A DNA stretch of 53,705 bases from a virus (taxonomy: Duplodnaviria > Caudoviricetes), in the IMG/VR virus record IMGVR_UViG_3300032116_014300, positions 1 through 53,705 of that record; one strand, written 5' to 3'. This document shows, one piece after another, positions 15,074-24,165 of this stretch (position 1 is the first letter of the stretch; each line of letters opens with the position of its first letter). The position numbers and the translations under genes were made by a program. Under the pieces are notes generated by a model. That model saw only the letters and a program-made list of their open reading frames with translations, was not told the DNA's origin and made no database searches.

Positions 15074-15673
15074 TTATTTTAATAATCCGTAAAACTTCTT
15101 AAATTTTGCGATACGGTCATCTAACCCATGTGTTCCACCATTGACCTTTTTAGTAATAGCAGTTACGTCGGCATCAGTTGCTCCCTTATCCGCCAATATA
15201 TTTAGTGTACGAGAATTCCAAAACCACGCAGCAGAAAGTAATGGATATTTAGTTGCTACAAGATCGGGATTGTCTGTGGTGTTTTCGTCCACTACTTTAT
15301 CAAATGATTGATAATTCACTTTACCTGTTAGTTGGATGTATCCACGCCCCCGATATTTGAATCCATCCCCACTACTTTCTGGTCCGTTGCCCATGCGATC
15401 TGCATATACCCGATTGGCAATCTTTTCTGGCTGTCGTTCGTATTCTTTTGCCTTTGCTTCGGTTGGAAAATATTTTTTGAAAATTCCAAGTAATCCTTTT
15501 GCACCATAATTTAAATTTTCATTAACGACTTTGAAATTACCCGACTCGTGCGCGCATTGTGCAAGGAAATGACAGAGACGGAGTGGTGTATTGATTTGAA
15601 ATTTTTCCATCACGCCGGGAATTTGTGATAACACCTCGTCGGGAACTGCTCCCTTGAGCTTGTTGATATCCAT
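15074..15673 (-). CDS. glycoside hydrolase family 19 endolysin
   Basis: HFLAQCAHES, ENLNY, YRGRGYIQLTG, NGGTHGLDDR. Confidence 0.93.
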   Translation of the reverse strand: MDINKLKGAVPDEVLSQIPGVMEKFQINTPLRLCHFLAQCAHESGNFKVVNENLNYGAKGLLGIFKKYFPTEAKAKEYERQPEKIANRVYADRMGNGPESSGDGFKYRGRGYIQLTGKVNYQSFDKVVDENTTDNPDLVATKYPLLSAAWFWNSRTLNILADKGATDADVTAITKKVNGGTHGLDDRIAKFKKFYGLLK

Positions 15674-16266
15674 TACTTAATATCCTCCGACGTAAGTAAT
15701 GTATACGAAAAACTATTCCCATGAACTTTTGCTGACTTGTTGATGATTTCCATAAATAAATTGAAATCTTTTACTCGCTTGAACACTTGACATCCTTCAC
15801 TCCAATTTTCTACAAATTCTGATTCAGTTTTTGGATTTGAACGATGAATGTTGATACCAAACAATCCCGTATCTTTTGTTGCTTCATCAAACGTCATGTC
15901 TTTATTCTTATCACGCCAAACAGTTACCGGTTTCGCCTGTTTCATGGCTTCATACTTTCCTTGATGTAATCCGATTGTATGTGATCCACGATATTGGTTT
16001 GGAACAAGGCGAGCAACACCGTTGGGATTATGGAATTCCCGCACGGCTTTTGTACCGGGATCTGTGGTACACGGCCAAATGTGAAATTTCCATACGCCTG
16101 CTTCTTTATAGGAAAGAGTCATCCAATCGTCAAACACGTTGGTGACTTTCTTTCCAGGTACAGCATTTCTGACACCGACGATATTAACATCTAAGTTATC
16201 ACCCTCAAACCACGCATAACCTTTGTCTTTTACTGCTTTCTCTATCTGTTCACGAGTAAATGACAT
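15673..16266 (-). CDS. putative L,D-transpeptidase/YkuD-like cell-wall enzyme
   Basis: GINIH...WSEGCQV His/Cys motif; adjacent to endolysin. Confidence 0.55.
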   Translation of the reverse strand: MSFTREQIEKAVKDKGYAWFEGDNLDVNIVGVRNAVPGKKVTNVFDDWMTLSYKEAGVWKFHIWPCTTDPGTKAVREFHNPNGVARLVPNQYRGSHTIGLHQGKYEAMKQAKPVTVWRDKNKDMTFDEATKDTGLFGINIHRSNPKTESEFVENWSEGCQVFKRVKDFNLFMEIINKSAKVHGNSFSYTLLTSEDIK

Positions 16267-16278
16267 AGAATTTCTCCG

Positions 16279-16908
16279 TTACTGTTTTCGTAAATTATTG
16301 ACACTATCTACAGTAACTAGATGTTCCGTTATACTTTTACTTTTCTCTGGAACATTCTTAAAACTATATGCGCGAATTTCTCCTGTCTGTTGGATACGAA
16401 TGATTTTCCAGCAATAGGTTGGGACTGATACGTTTTTGATTTTTTTCAGTTCTCCCACACATCCTGCTTCCACATAAATAGAATCTAGAGAACGGGATAA
16501 TTCTCGGGTATGATCTTCTAAGGCTTTCCATTGACCCCGATTTAAACCTGGATATTGTGGAACCATATTCGTATAAAAAAAGGATTCATCCATCACGGAT
16601 TTTCCTAAACAAATATTATCACCTGCTGGACTAAGATGTCCCCTATCAAATCCTGACCCAATATAGTCGGTACTCAGATCCGTGTTGGTTAATAATGGAT
16701 CGGCTAGAAATTTATCACTACGTTTGGCGGGAAGTTTGCATGTTAATTTTTCTTTTGTCACCCACCATTGAACAAGCACAGGATACTTTTTACTCTGAGA
16801 AAAAACTGTTTCATAATTGGTATGTTTGACTCGGATCGTATCTTGTGCTTGTAATGGAAGACACCAAAAGAAAATTATTCCGACGACGAAGTTCCGCAAT
16901 TTACACAT
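16279..16908 (-). CDS. DNA/RNA non-specific endonuclease (NucA/EndoG family) with signal peptide
   Basis: GSGFDRGHLSPAGD, TNMVPQ, LNRGQWKALE. Confidence 0.92.
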   Translation of the reverse strand: MCKLRNFVVGIIFFWCLPLQAQDTIRVKHTNYETVFSQSKKYPVLVQWWVTKEKLTCKLPAKRSDKFLADPLLTNTDLSTDYIGSGFDRGHLSPAGDNICLGKSVMDESFFYTNMVPQYPGLNRGQWKALEDHTRELSRSLDSIYVEAGCVGELKKIKNVSVPTYCWKIIRIQQTGEIRAYSFKNVPEKSKSITEHLVTVDSVNNLRKQ

Positions 16909-17180
16909 TCCGTAACAGAAGCTTCGGCCTTTACTTTAGCAGCAGGAGAAAATTTTTCTAGTCCTGCAATACCAAACGATCCGATAGTCAACATTAAAAA
17001 CGAATTATAGATATAGTCTTTGATTTCCAAGTGTTGGCCGTATACGCCAGTGACTAAATCCACGCCGGCAACGATAACCATAACCGTAAACGACAAAAAT
17101 CCAATGATTGTTTTTTCGTTATAATCGTTGTTATCTTTAAAAATTTGTGTAAACCATTGCATAATCTTCTCCACGTCCAT
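16875..17180 (-). CDS. two-TM membrane protein (holin-like)
   Basis: Two hydrophobic segments near lysins. Confidence 0.7.
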   Translation of the reverse strand: MDVEKIMQWFTQIFKDNNDYNEKTIIGFLSFTVMVIVAGVDLVTGVYGQHLEIKDYIYNSFLMLTIGSFGIAGLEKFSPAAKVKAEASVTECVNCGTSSSE

Positions 17181-17221
17181 ATAGTTCTCCTATTGACGTT
17201 TAGTGTGGTTTACAAAACCTG

Positions 17222-17545
17222 TTAGTTTCTATCGCTTGCTCGACGGTTCACTCTGATCACACGGAATTTCTTTGCGTGATAGATTGCCGCCCATACAAAT
17301 AACCCACCCATACCAAGATTCAAAACGATCTCGGTAAAATTTGGGGATGATAACGTAACAAGATTTAAAAAAGCACCTGCGGTCGTAAATGCCAATCCAA
17401 GTTTGACCAACCAATGTGAGGTGGCAGGGAAACTATCTACAGCTTTGTGTCCCTTACCAATCTTGGAAAATAACATAATATAGAATGTTCCTGCGCCCAA
17501 CAAAATGCAACCGTTTGCGATAAAATTAAGAATCGTGTTTAACAT
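17222..17545 (-). CDS. three-TM membrane protein
   Basis: Hydrophobic segments, basic C-tail. Confidence 0.7.
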   Translation of the reverse strand: MLNTILNFIANGCILLGAGTFYIMLFSKIGKGHKAVDSFPATSHWLVKLGLAFTTAGAFLNLVTLSSPNFTEIVLNLGMGGLFVWAAIYHAKKFRVIRVNRRASDRN

Positions 17546-17819
17546 TTGTGTCTCCAGGAACTGCTTTATTGATAATCATTTCTACACCGCGTAAACCAAG
17601 AACACCTAATAAAAATGCAGTGCCTGATTGAACTTGTGGGGTAGCAGTCATATTCAATATGCCAAAAATAAATGGGGTTAAGAAATATGCACTAGATAAT
17701 CCTGCACCAATTGCTAAAATGTTTTCACGTAGACTTGCCGATGAGTTTTTTCCAACGGCTAACAAAGAACCAAATAATCCGGCGACTAAAAGCATCGCCC
17801 CATCACTGGTGTGTGTCAT
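17526..17819 (-). CDS. putative holin
   Basis: Three TM; AGLFGSL, AFLLGVLG. Confidence 0.65.
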   Translation of the reverse strand: MTHTSDGAMLLVAGLFGSLLAVGKNSSASLRENILAIGAGLSSAYFLTPFIFGILNMTATPQVQSGTAFLLGVLGLRGVEMIINKAVPGDTNVKHDS

Positions 17820-17837
17820 CTTTATCTCAGAAAAAGG

Positions 17838-18236
17838 TTAAAAACCCTTGTTCTTACAAGTAGTTAATAAACTTTTATCCATGTAATATGGCATAACCTT
17901 ACATTCATTCACAACTAATATTTCTGTAGATGTTTTTAACAAACCTACAGATTGTTCTAGTTCTGTGACCTTTGTTTCCAAGGCTGTGATAGCCGTTACT
18001 GCATCGGTGATTTGTGATTCGGTTATTGTATGTTTTTTCAAAGAACTTTTGTCAAACAATTGCGAAACGGTGGTCAATGTATCTAACCGTGTTTCTAGTG
18101 TTTGTATTGCGGTTTCGTTTTGATCCGCCATACGCATATACAAAACAAATTGTCCAGCAATTATAGTAACCAGTGCAGCAATAGTGCACAGTATTACGAC
18201 TTTAATTGCATGATATGTTTTGTTGGGAATAAACAT
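17838..18236 (-). CDS. N-terminal TM plus coiled-coil protein (spanin-like?)
   Basis: TM followed by heptad-rich region. Confidence 0.6.
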   Translation of the reverse strand: MFIPNKTYHAIKVVILCTIAALVTIIAGQFVLYMRMADQNETAIQTLETRLDTLTTVSQLFDKSSLKKHTITESQITDAVTAITALETKVTELEQSVGLLKTSTEILVVNECKVMPYYMDKSLLTTCKNKGF

Positions 18237-18238
18237 GA

Positions 18239-18733
18239 TTATCGCCCTCGCTTCTTCCCAGACGTTTTCATTGTGGTGTCACCCTTAGATACCACCACAT
18301 TGTCACCATCAATTTCTACATTCATAGCTTCACGAGCTTCATCTAATTGCTTGATAAGGCTCTTGATGATTTCAATTTCTGGCTTCTCTTCCTTCTCGGT
18401 GGTTCCCGTGATACCCGCCAACATACTAATCATTGCCATTACTGCTGTGGACACTAGACCAATAACGGCTGGGAGTGACTCGGATGGAAGGAATGCGCTG
18501 GATACTACTCCAACAATAACCAATAAGACAATCCACGGTACTGCGGTTTTCCCAATAACCTTACTTGCGACTTCCTTAGCGGTAGAATTACCTTCTAAAC
18601 GCTTGAGGTCTGTTTCGGTTCTCTTGAGTTCAAGTTCAGCAACCAATTCTTGCTTCTTTAACTCAATATCCGCCTCCATCTTGGTCTTCTTGAGAGCCAA
18701 ACGAGGGGAAAATCCTGCCATCTTGTCTGCCAT
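18239..18733 (-). CDS. coiled-coil/two-TM membrane protein
   Basis: MADKMAG start; two TM segments. Confidence 0.7.
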   Translation of the reverse strand: MADKMAGFSPRLALKKTKMEADIELKKQELVAELELKRTETDLKRLEGNSTAKEVASKVIGKTAVPWIVLLVIVGVVSSAFLPSESLPAVIGLVSTAVMAMISMLAGITGTTEKEEKPEIEIIKSLIKQLDEAREAMNVEIDGDNVVVSKGDTTMKTSGKKRGR

Positions 18734-18815
18734 ATGTTTCTCGGTAAACGTTAATACAACCATAACATAGACCGTAAAAACCATATAAACGTAACTCAAT
18801 TGTCAAACAGCTAGG

Positions 18816-18917
18816 CGGTAGTGGGGGATTCGAACCCCTAATCCTTGGCGTAGCACGACATAAACATAACAGTAGCGAGCCCTTTATATCGTCGTTGTCC
18901 CGACCAACTGCACTACC
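18816..18917 (-). ncRNA. tRNA-like RNA with no anticodon loop
   Basis: Acceptor GGTAGTG/CACTACC, D-like arm GTTG/CAAC, GGGG-TTCGAAT-CCCC, 10-bp stem capped by 18-nt loop. Confidence 0.7.
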
Positions 18918-18926
18918 TTTCTATAA

Positions 18927-19199
18927 TTATCTCCGTGATTTAACTTCTTCTCGTAAATCTTGGAGGAATCCATCACGTTGTTGAACTAAATATTTTTCTC
19001 GTTCAATTAACCGTATTCGTTCGTCGTCGGTTAATTTAAGTACGAGATTTTCTTTTGCTTCAATCATTTTCTTGTATTCTTCCAATTGACGGGTGAACAT
19101 CAAATTTTGATAATACATGATGCCCACCAACAAAATAATCGTAAATGATTGTTCTTTTAACTTGTCAAGAAATGTTTCACTTAACTGTTTTGCTGCCAT
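18927..19199 (-). CDS. TM plus coiled-coil protein
   Basis: 90 aa; one TM. Confidence 0.7.
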   Translation of the reverse strand: MAAKQLSETFLDKLKEQSFTIILLVGIMYYQNLMFTRQLEEYKKMIEAKENLVLKLTDDERIRLIEREKYLVQQRDGFLQDLREEVKSRR

Positions 19200-19211
19200 A
19201 CCATTCTCGGT

Positions 19212-19865
19212 TTAGATGGTAATAACCTCATTAATATCTAAGATACGAATATTTCCATCAATAACACTGCGGTGCATATGACCACAAATGAAATTTCTGG
19301 GACGTATGGTGTGATAGACTTTAGACATTCGTTGAGCCGATATATCTTCCCACTCATCAGGTAACCCCCAATACTTTGTGTTTAACGGACCAAAATGTGC
19401 GGTGATAGTGAACTTGGGTGGAACATGGGCAATTAAGAAATCCAACTGTCGGTAATTCACATTCTCAACTATTACCTCTGTGTCCTTAGCGGTAATCTGT
19501 TCTTGTTTCCACCACGAGACGTTTTCTTTTCGGTATGCTTTGTCAATACTCTCTCCACCACCAAGGAATCCAAAAAGTTTTTCTTCAATTTCCATGACAG
19601 TTCCACGAGGGATGTAAAATAAGTTACCAACCACATTGTGAATTCCTTCTCCAAATGTGGAAATATAATTAAAGTCTTCGTGGTTTCCGTCTATTGCAAG
19701 AATGCGACATGGATAGTTTTCAAAGAGGTCTGTCCATAGTCGGATATTCTCTGGATAAAACCCGAAGTCACCGACTTGGACAACTGTGTCGTCGGGAGTT
19801 ACATGTTTTTTTAATGTTTCAAGCCGCATGAACTCCCCATGTAAATCACCGACTACATAAATCAT
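19212..19865 (-). CDS. calcineurin-like metallophosphoesterase
   Basis: GDLHG, GDFG, GNHE, GHMH. Confidence 0.92.
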   Translation of the reverse strand: MIYVVGDLHGEFMRLETLKKHVTPDDTVVQVGDFGFYPENIRLWTDLFENYPCRILAIDGNHEDFNYISTFGEGIHNVVGNLFYIPRGTVMEIEEKLFGFLGGGESIDKAYRKENVSWWKQEQITAKDTEVIVENVNYRQLDFLIAHVPPKFTITAHFGPLNTKYWGLPDEWEDISAQRMSKVYHTIRPRNFICGHMHRSVIDGNIRILDINEVITI

Positions 19866-19878
19866 ACGAACCTCTTAT

Positions 19879-20253
19879 TTATTTTTTGATAACAGTCTTG
19901 GTGACCGCGTTGACACCCATTGCACTTAATGCAACAGTCAAACCGGCCACGGTGGTTTCTAGTGCAGAAATATCGGGATTAATCAACAACCCAGTCTTTA
20001 CACTGACCCACGTTGCTGCTTGTGCGAAGGCGACTGCGACCAACGCCTTGACTGGACCAGGTAGTGCGGCAACCTGTGTTGACGCCTTCTTTGCTAAATC
20101 CACAGCAAACTTGGTGATCACGGATAATCCTAATGCAACGAGTGTTGTAACTTGAGTTCCTACTTGGGTTCCAACTGTAGTCGCCAAACTATCGGCGGCA
20201 ACTTGGATGGTATCTACGGCAGATGTTGCAACTACGAGTGTGTCTTGTATCAT
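19879..20253 (-). CDS. membrane protein (holin-like)
   Basis: Ala/Val/Thr-rich with ~3 TM; GGAG RBS. Confidence 0.7.
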   Translation of the reverse strand: MIQDTLVVATSAVDTIQVAADSLATTVGTQVGTQVTTLVALGLSVITKFAVDLAKKASTQVAALPGPVKALVAVAFAQAATWVSVKTGLLINPDISALETTVAGLTVALSAMGVNAVTKTVIKK

Positions 20254-20264
20254 ATAATACTCCG

Positions 20265-20528
20265 TTAAGGGTTAGTAGACTTTGTGACCACTTCGTACAG
20301 ATTTTCATACTCCTCGTGAAGCTGTACTTCTTCACTAAAATTCTGCTTATGATAGGTTTTGGCAAGTTTGGAAAACACCTTTTTATTTAAATCCAACTCC
20401 TTACAAATATCATTCTTGACATTTTTTTGTAAATCCTTTTCCGCTTCCATTCTGGACATAGACGTACTGATATCCTTCAATGCGCCTAACAACTTGATCT
20501 TATCATTTGGTCCTAACGTGTTTAACAT
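20265..20528 (-). CDS. T4 DsbA-like dsDNA-binding protein
   Basis: 87 aa helical; ELDLNKKVFSKLAKTYHKQN. Confidence 0.65.
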   Translation of the reverse strand: MLNTLGPNDKIKLLGALKDISTSMSRMEAEKDLQKNVKNDICKELDLNKKVFSKLAKTYHKQNFSEEVQLHEEYENLYEVVTKSTNP

Positions 20529-20541
20529 AATAACCTCTTAT

Positions 20542-20934
20542 TTAAAGTTTGACTATCGTTGCCGCCGCATGAAACATTCCGGCGGCTTTCTCCAACTCCA
20601 CCAACTTTGACTTATCGTCCATTACATCTTTGTACAACATTTCTATTTCATGTGCGTAATATAGTTTATTGGTATAATCTACCAATTGATCTTGTGGTAA
20701 TACCCCGTCCAATACTCTGGACATGTTTATTGCAAAGTGTTTCATTCGTTCACATGCCCCGTGCGGGACTTCATTATTTTTAAATTTTATGACTACTTCG
20801 TCCAACGTCAACGCAACTTCTGTTAAAAAAAGACATGCTTTGCTCCTTTTTAACTCATTTAAATTTTTTGCTGATTGAATAGCGGTGAGAATTCCAGACG
20901 CTACTCCCACGATGAGCGATATCGTCTCCAACAT
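20542..20934 (-). CDS. hypothetical helical protein
   Basis: ORF track; ATG start MLETIS chosen. Confidence 0.65.
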   Translation of the reverse strand: MLETISLIVGVASGILTAIQSAKNLNELKRSKACLFLTEVALTLDEVVIKFKNNEVPHGACERMKHFAINMSRVLDGVLPQDQLVDYTNKLYYAHEIEMLYKDVMDDKSKLVELEKAAGMFHAAATIVKL

Positions 20935-21074
20935 ATTTTCACCCACACTAAAATTTTAACGAAACTGGATGAACCTTTCCACTGTTTAATTTCTCCCGTT
21001 GAACGTCTGCATCCTGTACAATATCCGTTACTGTTCAATTTACAAATTTTAAGACATGGTGATTTTATATCCAT
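20901..21074 (-). CDS. DUF1289-like small Cys-cluster protein
   Basis: SPCLKICKLNSNGYCTGCRRSTGEIKQW; not in ORF track. Confidence 0.75.
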   Translation of the reverse strand: MDIKSPCLKICKLNSNGYCTGCRRSTGEIKQWKGSSSFVKILVWVKICWRRYRSSWE

Positions 21075-21343
21075 CGTGCAATTCCAATGAGATCAATTAA
21101 CAACCATGTTAAATTGACAATAACCATTGGACGATCATGCTTCAACCAAAAACTATGTAACATGCCACCGTGACCAAAAAAGAAAAACGTATAGGGGATG
21201 AACGGAGGAATATACGGAATACGACCCGCTAACATCACCCCTCCTATAATTAACAAGAAAACTGCCCACCATTTCCGTTTGACAATAATATGTTCTTCGG
21301 TTTCTGTTAAGATTTTTGGCACATCAGATAAAATATATTTCAC
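21065..21343 (-). CDS. small three-TM membrane protein
   Basis: Hydrophobic segments. Confidence 0.7.
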   Translation of the reverse strand: MKYILSDVPKILTETEEHIIVKRKWWAVFLLIIGGVMLAGRIPYIPPFIPYTFFFFGHGGMLHSFWLKHDRPMVIVNLTWLLIDLIGIARWI

Positions 21344-21696
21344 TTATAATTTCTCCACCCAACAGGTAAAATACAATTCATTGGCGCAGTTCTAAACATG
21401 GGAGCAATGTCCGCTTCATCATATCCACCAAGACCACATCCAATCTGCGTAACTTGAAATGTGATGTCTGGGTTTAATTCTGCATATCGAAGCATCTTAT
21501 CCACGTAGGATTTTATTTTATTTAACGGTAAAAATTTAAAATTTTCGTCTTTGACGGGAATAGCAAAACTACTACCTTGTAATCCATATCCCTCGCCATA
21601 AACTGCACCATGATCTTCGTAGGCACGTAATGCAGTACCCGTCGTGTGCCTACCTTCTACATTACTTGAAAATACAAATACTCTTTTATTCTGCAT
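21340..21696 (-). CDS. phage macro-like domain protein (A1S_2505-type)
   Basis: VFVFSSNVEGRH, GLQGSSFAIP, FQVTQIGCGLGG. Confidence 0.75.
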   Translation of the reverse strand: MQNKRVFVFSSNVEGRHTTGTALRAYEDHGAVYGEGYGLQGSSFAIPVKDENFKFLPLNKIKSYVDKMLRYAELNPDITFQVTQIGCGLGGYDEADIAPMFRTAPMNCILPVGWRNYK

Positions 21697-21716
21697 AAGT
21701 GTCTCCTATATAACAG

Positions 21717-21799
21717 AGAACGGAGCCGGATTCGAACCGGCGTGGGATTACTCCTAGAGTTTTGCAGACTCCTGCTTTCAGCCACTCAGCCATCCGTTC
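21717..21799 (-). tRNA. tRNA-Cys(GCA) with long variable arm
   Basis: Loop CTGCAAA; U73; variable arm GGA-GTAA-TCC. Confidence 0.88.
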
Positions 21800-21800
21800 A

Positions 21801-22262
21801 TTATCGTTCGTTATGAACCTCAAATTCTGTGAATACTAATTCTATATCCGAATATCCCTGCGTTGCTAATTCATTTTTTAAAATATCTTCTGCCATCACC
21901 ACCAACATTTTTTCAAAGTTCGTCACAATTCCTTCTTCAATTTTACTAGTCATATTTAATTTGGTCACATCGTTTTTACATAATGTTTCCGTCCAATCTG
22001 TGAGAGGCCATAATAAACAATGTACCATCTCATGAATAGCAATTGACACCACATCATAATGACTAAGTTCTCCTAACTGTTTCGTATTACACCGAATTAC
22101 CGCTTCTTTATACTCCGGCGATGCTTCACAGTCTGCGGTATTCTTCATACGACTGGAATATCGTACAATGATCCGCCAATCCCTTAAATTCAAATATGGT
22201 TGGAGAATTTCAACTGTCTTGGCGAACAATATTTTCTTTGTTATACGTTTCTTCCGTGGCAT
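21801..22262 (-). CDS. HEXXH zincin-like protein
   Basis: IAIHEMVHCL. Confidence 0.7.
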   Translation of the reverse strand: MPRKKRITKKILFAKTVEILQPYLNLRDWRIIVRYSSRMKNTADCEASPEYKEAVIRCNTKQLGELSHYDVVSIAIHEMVHCLLWPLTDWTETLCKNDVTKLNMTSKIEEGIVTNFEKMLVVMAEDILKNELATQGYSDIELVFTEFEVHNER

Positions 22263-22282
22263 TTGAAATCCCCAAGTGGTAT

Positions 22283-22492
22283 TTACAACGGTTTAATTTT
22301 GTTTAACACCTCGTCTATTTTCTTCTGAACTTCTTCACTACAATGATTATATATATCTATGAGACGGGTTTCTAGGTACCACGCTCTCATGAATAATTGC
22401 CTAGTTTGTTTCGTACGAGTTCGGTATTTTATTGATAATACTATAGTTACAATAACTAATATAATGTTCATACTGATAGAATATTTTAACAT
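22283..22492 (-). CDS. small membrane protein
   Basis: N-terminal TM; AGGA RBS; promoter upstream. Confidence 0.65.
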   Translation of the reverse strand: MLKYSISMNIILVIVTIVLSIKYRTRTKQTRQLFMRAWYLETRLIDIYNHCSEEVQKKIDEVLNKIKPL

Positions 22493-22520
22493 ATGTTCCT
22501 TTTGGACAGAATTTCTATAT

Positions 22521-22608
22521 AGTATAACCTTAAAATTGTTTTATGTCAAGACCCCTACTTATAAAAAAATAAATTGGACTTGACAACTATAGGTTATGAT
22601 ATTAAGTT
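22521..22608. promoter_or_regulatory. divergent sigma70-type promoter pair at the strand switch
   Basis: Minus TTGACA-17-TATACT (22521-22549); plus TTGACA-17-TAAGTT (22580-22608). Confidence 0.75.
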
Positions 22609-22632
22609 AAAAAAACATTCAGGAGGACACCT

Positions 22633-22857
22633 ATGAGTAATTCTAAATTAGAACGTTATATAGTCTATGCAAAGTTAACCGTATGGGGAGAATCTCCTGA
22701 AGATGCGTTAGATTACGCGTATACTGCCGTTGACAACTCAGATTTGTTAACGCAAGACGGTATCGTTGGAATTGAAATTATTGACGATACCGACAGTATA
22801 GAACTCGTAGACGAGGATAATGGTTATGGAGATGACGAAGAGTCGGAAGATTATTAA
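22633..22857 (+). CDS. acidic hypothetical protein
   Basis: AGGAGG RBS; 74 aa. Confidence 0.75.
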   Translation: MSNSKLERYIVYAKLTVWGESPEDALDYAYTAVDNSDLLTQDGIVGIEIIDDTDSIELVDEDNGYGDDEESEDY

Positions 22858-23071
22858 AGATGTAGTATTTTATGGCGCCGTTCTTGTGGCAGTTGTTGCT
22901 GCAAATACGGTGCGTAAAAAGTATAATGAGAATGTTGCAGTAGCAGACGGTGTTAGACAGAAATCAATTTGCCCGGCACTATTGAGTATTAGTCGGTCTG
23001 CTCGTGATACTCTGATTGTGATGAAAGCTGAACCGTTGTGTAATGGATTTGTTTTGGATAGTTTAAAGTAA
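22820..23071 (+). CDS. small membrane protein
   Basis: One TM. Confidence 0.65.
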   Translation: MVMEMTKSRKIIKDVVFYGAVLVAVVAANTVRKKYNENVAVADGVRQKSICPALLSISRSARDTLIVMKAEPLCNGFVLDSLK

Positions 23072-23104
23072 ACATACTATTTATTATTAGTAGTATAAAC
23101 GGAG

Positions 23105-23314
23105 TTGGATATGGATAAAAAATCGTGTACAAATCAACATCCGTTATGTGCAACAATTGTGTTTTTTTCTGGGTGTACCCTTGGTGCGTATTTCCAACAC
23201 ACCGGGGGTATGACCCACGATTTTGTAGTTATTGGTACCGCAACACTAGCGTTTTATTTAACACAAGTTATTAATCTCAATCCAATAAAAGCGTTATGTA
23301 AAAAAATCAAATAA
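23105..23314 (+). CDS. small two-TM protein
   Basis: GGAG RBS. Confidence 0.6.
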   Translation: MDMDKKSCTNQHPLCATIVFFSGCTLGAYFQHTGGMTHDFVVIGTATLAFYLTQVINLNPIKALCKKIK

Positions 23315-23355
23315 GGTTTTTTGTAGTTTCGTAACCTTATTGATTGGAAGACAAC

Positions 23356-23706
23356 ATGACTTTGGTTGATAATTTTGGAGAATTTAACTCTGCAATATAT
23401 GGGACTGTCGGCGCATTATTGGCAGGAGCAGTAATCCAATATATTAACAAATTTGTAAACAGAAAAAAAGAAAATTTAGAAGAACATTTGTCATTACGTA
23501 AAGAACTTCGTGAAGAACTTGATACGGTAAAAGAAGAGTTGCATGAATTACAAAAGGCACTCGATGAATGGAAAGAAAAATACTATCATCAAGTAGAAAT
23601 CACAAACAAGTTAAAAGCTGAAGTTTTACGGTTGAAGGATGAAGTAGAAGAATATAAAATAATTAGTGGAGTGTACAAAACCGTTAAACCGCAGAATGAT
23701 GATTGA
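23356..23706 (+). CDS. TM plus coiled-coil protein
   Basis: N-terminal TM, long heptad region. Confidence 0.7.
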   Translation: MTLVDNFGEFNSAIYGTVGALLAGAVIQYINKFVNRKKENLEEHLSLRKELREELDTVKEELHELQKALDEWKEKYYHQVEITNKLKAEVLRLKDEVEEYKIISGVYKTVKPQNDD

Positions 23707-23730
23707 TACCCCTTGACAAAAGGAAGTTAC

Positions 23731-24165
23731 ATGACTATTGTAGAAACAGTTTTTGTAGTGTCTACCGTGTTTAATGTTTTATGTATGTTTTTAATTTTTG
23801 TCGTATTTGCTAATATGATTAAAATAAAAACATTAATAGAACAAATGCACATGGGACTTGGTGGTGTTGTAGGAAAAGTAGTTGCCATAGAACAAACCAC
23901 AAATAAAATGGCACAAAGTTTTACAGAATTTATTAAAATGGCAGAAGCAGTTGTAGATAGAATGGATGACGATGAGAGGATATCATCAATTTATAAGACT
24001 AGTGATGGAAAATTTTCAGCAAGAACTCTGGACGAATTAATTAATAAAATCCGTAGTAGTGGAGAAGAGTCTGAATATTTTTCATCGGACGAGTTGGACA
24101 AACTAAAAAATTTATTTTCAGAAGATGAAGATCTTTTTGATGACGAGGACGATGAAAATTCATGA
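23731..24165 (+). CDS. TM plus coiled-coil protein, acidic tail
   Basis: AGGA RBS. Confidence 0.7.
   Translation: MTIVETVFVVSTVFNVLCMFLIFVVFANMIKIKTLIEQMHMGLGGVVGKVVAIEQTTNKMAQSFTEFIKMAEAVVDRMDDDERISSIYKTSDGKFSARTLDELINKIRSSGEESEYFSSDELDKLKNLFSEDEDLFDDEDDENS

Noticed and set aside
18102-18770. 222 aa plus-strand ORF
   Set aside because: Antisense to two minus-strand membrane genes in a uniformly minus-strand block
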